Below are positions 60,131 to 64,000 of a stretch of DNA of 64,000 nucleotides, piece after piece. The stretch's first letter is position 1. Each line of letters begins with the position of its first letter. The stretch covers positions 62,001 to 126,000 of the forward strand of contig JAKIMF020000013.1 of the NCBI GenBank assembly GCA_022605425.2, in the 5' to 3' direction. Both the position numbers and the translations under genes were made by a program. The stretch is from Hamiltosporidium tvaerminnensis FI-OER-3-3. Taxonomy: Eukaryota; Fungi; Microsporidia. The notes beneath the pieces were generated by a model, which worked only from the letters and a program-made list of their open reading frames with translations, ran no database searches and was not told the DNA's origin.

Positions 60131-62817
60131 TGTCATACACCAATAAACCCCCCATGTCCAATAGAACCCCGTTATTTCCTATATACCCCCTTTATTTTCT
60201 AATGATTTATATAATCCCAGTTATTTTCATATATTTTAGCTAAGACCATATATTTGAAAAAAGGAAGTGATTTTTTATCTAAATTTAATTGGGGGTCCTC
60301 TTTAAAAAATGCTTATATAGTTTTAACTTGAATCGCCTGCCAAAAAAAATATTTCAAGTTTGCCAGAATAAAAATAAAAACTTTGATGATAATACTTGCA
60401 TAAAAATGCTTATTATAATTGCAATGTAAACTAAATTAAATCTCTTTTTTTACGTCTCTAAAAACTTTGATGATAATACTGGAATAAAAATGCCTATTAT
60501 AATTGCAATTAAACTAAATTAAATCCGTTTATTCGTCTCTTAAAACTTTCTTGTGTCACCGTCATTGTTTTTTACTTCAATCATATGTTCATCAAAATAG
60601 CTATAACTTTAAAAACAGAATTATCGTAAAAAAGTCAAAGGACGCTTTTTAGTTTTAGTATTCATACCTAATCTTGTTTTTTATCAAACTTGATTTCAAC
60701 TTGAAAAATATCTCTTTAGTCTATTTAAATTGTTGTTTTCTAAAATTCTTTCTCCTATAGTTTTTAAAATGCTTAGACATCCGTACGAATCTTACTATCG
60801 ATTTCAAATTCATCAGTTATTATAGTGGTTGTAGTGTTTACCGTTTCAGTAAATTCTTCATATAGATCCGAGGCGATTTCCAGGATCCATTGTGTATCCG
60901 CTGTATTTTCTTCGACCAAAACCATATCAGGATCTATATAAATTGCAGGCACCATCGTACTGGCTTCTTTTTAACACTATTATGCTTTTAGAAAGTGTAA
61001 TTGTTAAAACCTGGTTGTACAACGAAAAAGCATAAATAGAGATTTGTTTGTTGCACTATGTACTGATATGTTATATGCATAAAAAACATTATTAAGATGT
61101 TCAATTCACCTTTTTTCACCTGTTTCGTTCAATTCTCCGCTGGCCATCTTTTTATGGTCTGATTTATAACGTTCCACTTGACCTTGCGCCTTTGAATTGC
61201 ATGGCATTCCATGTAATAAATTTGATGTTAAGATCTTTTAAAAAGGCTTCAGTAGTGTGTTTTGAAACTCTCGACTGTTATCTGATTGTATTTCCACCGG
61301 GACACCGAAGTTTGTCAAAAATTTTTTAATGAATCTCTTACTAATTCCGAAGTTATATTAATCAGCTTAAAGACTCTAGAGAGTTTGTGAATGTGTTCGA
61401 TTACATTAAGAATCCAGCTATATTGATCATTTTAATCACTGTATCTCCTGTGATCTACACAATCCATCATAAAAAGATCATTTTTCTTGGTAATATGATT
61501 TATATATATTGGCTGAATTGTTTCAGAGAATCAAATCTGCTACAGGCTTCACATTCTTTCACATACCCTTTTATGTATGCCCTGGGAATCCCATAGTATT
61601 ATTGTACATGAAAGCCATCATTTTATTTACTTCGATGTGTGCAACAGCATGCTCTGTTTGAATAATTTGTTTAATCGAGGCAGTTTCAAATCCAAAAACG
61701 GCTCTTATTAGATGATCGCGTCTTTTAAAACAAATATCATCTCCGAGCAAAGTAAAATGCTCTGCCTTCTGCCTAAACAACCTCTTTCCTTCTTTGGAAT
61801 ACTCAGCTGGATACTGACCGGGTTTTAAATATGGTGTAAGAATTTCTTTTTCTTGCCTATTTTTACAATTTAGAATCTTTGGCATTTTGGTTACATTATG
61901 TTCTTATATATGTATAAACTTAATATTATTCAATAAAATTCTGGGTTAACAAATTTTTCTTTTTTAAATAATTCTTTCCCCCATTTCAGCACTTCTATCT
62001 CTTCCTCCAACTCCAACTCTTCATTTGTATTGTTGTTGGTTCCTTTGCTGTGTTTATGCCATCCAAAATAAAGGGTAAAATATTTTTTGTATTTTCCGTT
62101 TTAACATCATCTTCCTCGTTGTCTACTTGCTTTAAAGGGGGTATTGGTTGTTTATGCATCTCAGCTCCTAAAATAACACTTTATGATGCAATTTCCTAGC
62201 TCTCTTCGCATTTCGTCCAGACTCAAGTCCTTTTCGTCGATCAAAAGAAATTGTTTCGATTGTCTTTTTGAGTACTATGGATTGTTAAATGCCTCTACAT
62301 TCATGGGTATTTGTAGTCTCTTAACATACGTCTTATGGTTTTGTCACAATACCGTCCCAGAACATCACATAAGGAATTATCTCTACACTGCATTTATAAA
62401 TAAGTGTATAAACTAAATACTTAGAAAAAAAAACAAATAATATAAGAGTTTTAAATAAATGTATATACAATTTTATGTTGTTTAGTGCCAGTATCAAATT
62501 CTACAACGAAATTTTGCCTTACAAATACTAAAAAATGCAAATAACTGAAAAAAAATATAAATTTTATTGGATATTTTATTCATAATTAGCACATCCTATT
62601 TGTTTATACAAAAGAAATTTTAAAAAAAGGATGGATAAGAAATATTGGAAAGAAAACTCAAATAAGAAGGTTTATACGAATAAAGGGAATAAATGCGTTA
62701 TAATAATATAGAAATTAAAAGGCTATATGAAAAATAAAGGGTGTTATCAAGATTAAAAATGTATAGGAAATAACGGGATTCTATTGGTGATGGGGGGTTG
62801 TTTATCTGCCCGTGACA
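60131..62817 (-). mobile_element. Ginger-like DNA transposon with TIRs; integrase pseudogene ~60560..61885
   Basis: TGTCA...TGACA termini. The imperfect TIR CCCCCCATGTCCAATAGAACCCCGTTATTTCCTATA is inverted at ~62762-62797. Flanks TTAA/ATAA. H2C2 motif (EHAVAH...CEAC) and rve motif (AQGQVER, YAYNISVHSATNKS). Confidence 0.88.
61926..62404 (-). mobile_element. 5'-truncated RLE retrotransposon nested in the Ginger-like element
   Basis: 3' ORF end plus family tail. 15-bp TSD TGTATAAACT(T/A)AATA at 61911-61925 and 62405-62419. Confidence 0.92.
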
Positions 62818-63049
62818 ATAAATTTAATTTAACTCGTGAAATTTTTAGTTTCTTCTTTTAGATCTGACTAAGCTTATAATTAGTGTCGGTTCTCGAGTGG
62901 TTCTTAGATCCTAAATAGAGCTGCATCATATTAATTGTCATCACGTATTTAACACGAACTTGCTCGATACCAGGTGATCTTAAAGTGAAATATAATTTCG
63001 TATTTCTTTTGCTTTTAAAACATCATTGTGCTACTTCCAATTCTCCTCG

Positions 63050-63570
63050 TTATTTTATCATTACATATTAGACCAATTCGATCAAGAAAAATTATTTTAA
63101 CGTCCATTTTAGCACATTCGACTAAATACATGCTTCTAAATTTATAGGCATTTGAAGTCTTTAAGGATATTTCTTATGATATTTTAACAAAATATCAAAC
63201 CAATTAAACATAAAAAGATTATTTCGGCATATCACTTAAAAATAGCCTCGAAAATCATTTACTAGGGTGTCATACATCTTAATATTTCAGTTTCCACTTT
63301 TAAGTGAATCTTAAAACTAATTTTCACATCAATGAAAGTTATCATATTTTAACTCTTATCATACATACTTATATGGCTTCTATTATTGCATATCTTAACC
63401 TCGGTTTTTATCTAGGTGGCAAATCTTATTTCCGCATACTCATTTTTAAGATTTTCTGATTTTGGGACTTCTAATTCGTTTTAAAGATCTAAATTTGTAT
63501 ATATTTAGACGGTGTGAGGATAGACATCAAAGCACTTCATTAAATCGTCTGTGTAGTCATTTCAGTGTAT
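63050..63570 (-). mobile_element. Old decayed RLE retrotransposon fragment
   Basis: Minus-strand fragments FNEVL, YKFRSLKRIRS, NEYAEIR and IKTEVKICNNR match the family endonuclease region. Confidence 0.8.
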
Positions 63571-64000
63571 TTTCTCATATCGTATCACCATCTATATATA
63601 GAATCTATGAGAAATACAAAATGAACTTGAAATACTTATGGAAATTTCGATTTTTGAATGTTCAAATATCTCATTGATGAGTTGCGGAACATTAAATGTA
63701 ACATATATACAAATGATATTTTCTTCGAAAGGTATTTTTTATGTAATTTTCACACCCCAAAAAATATTCTTAGTTTTATGAATACCAAATAGGGCGTCAA
63801 AAAATATATTTTTAATAGATTGCGACCGTTAGAAAAACCACAATCTACTTATTAAAAAATAGCTTGAAAATTTTAAAAAAACAAACTAATATATAATATT
63901 TTATGTAGTGATAATTCATTTTCTCGGTGTTTTCATACTGTGATATTGCTCTATTCTTAAACTTTTTTTATCGTTGATTATTTAACTCAACAAATAAACT

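Overview
Very AT-rich, gene-sparse eukaryotic DNA. The intronless compact genes, CCC/GGG motifs just before start codons, expanded LRR family and low-complexity coding inserts point to a large-genome microsporidian (Hamiltosporidium-like; inference). Core genes: condensin kleisin Brn1/CAP-H, a signal-peptide-bearing FCP1/NIF-type HAD protein, Fhit/Hnt2, ribosomal protein uL2, a CHD7-type remodeller with a 1-nt frameshift, and apparently Mpp10 split into two convergent genes. Accessory DNA: three intact and one decayed LRR paralogues with mosaic sequence; six copies or fragments of one R4/Dong-like RLE non-LTR retrotransposon; two Ginger-like integrase DNA transposons plus a deletion derivative; a probable hAT remnant; two diverged copies of a ~650-bp structured non-coding element with a LINE-like tail; and many tandem duplications next to housekeeping genes. 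Most notable: the split Mpp10, the structured SINE/ncRNA candidate, LINEs that begin at their ATG, and G-rich-to-C-rich bipartite inserts in the CHD gene. All alignments were done by eye and family assignments rely on recalled motifs.
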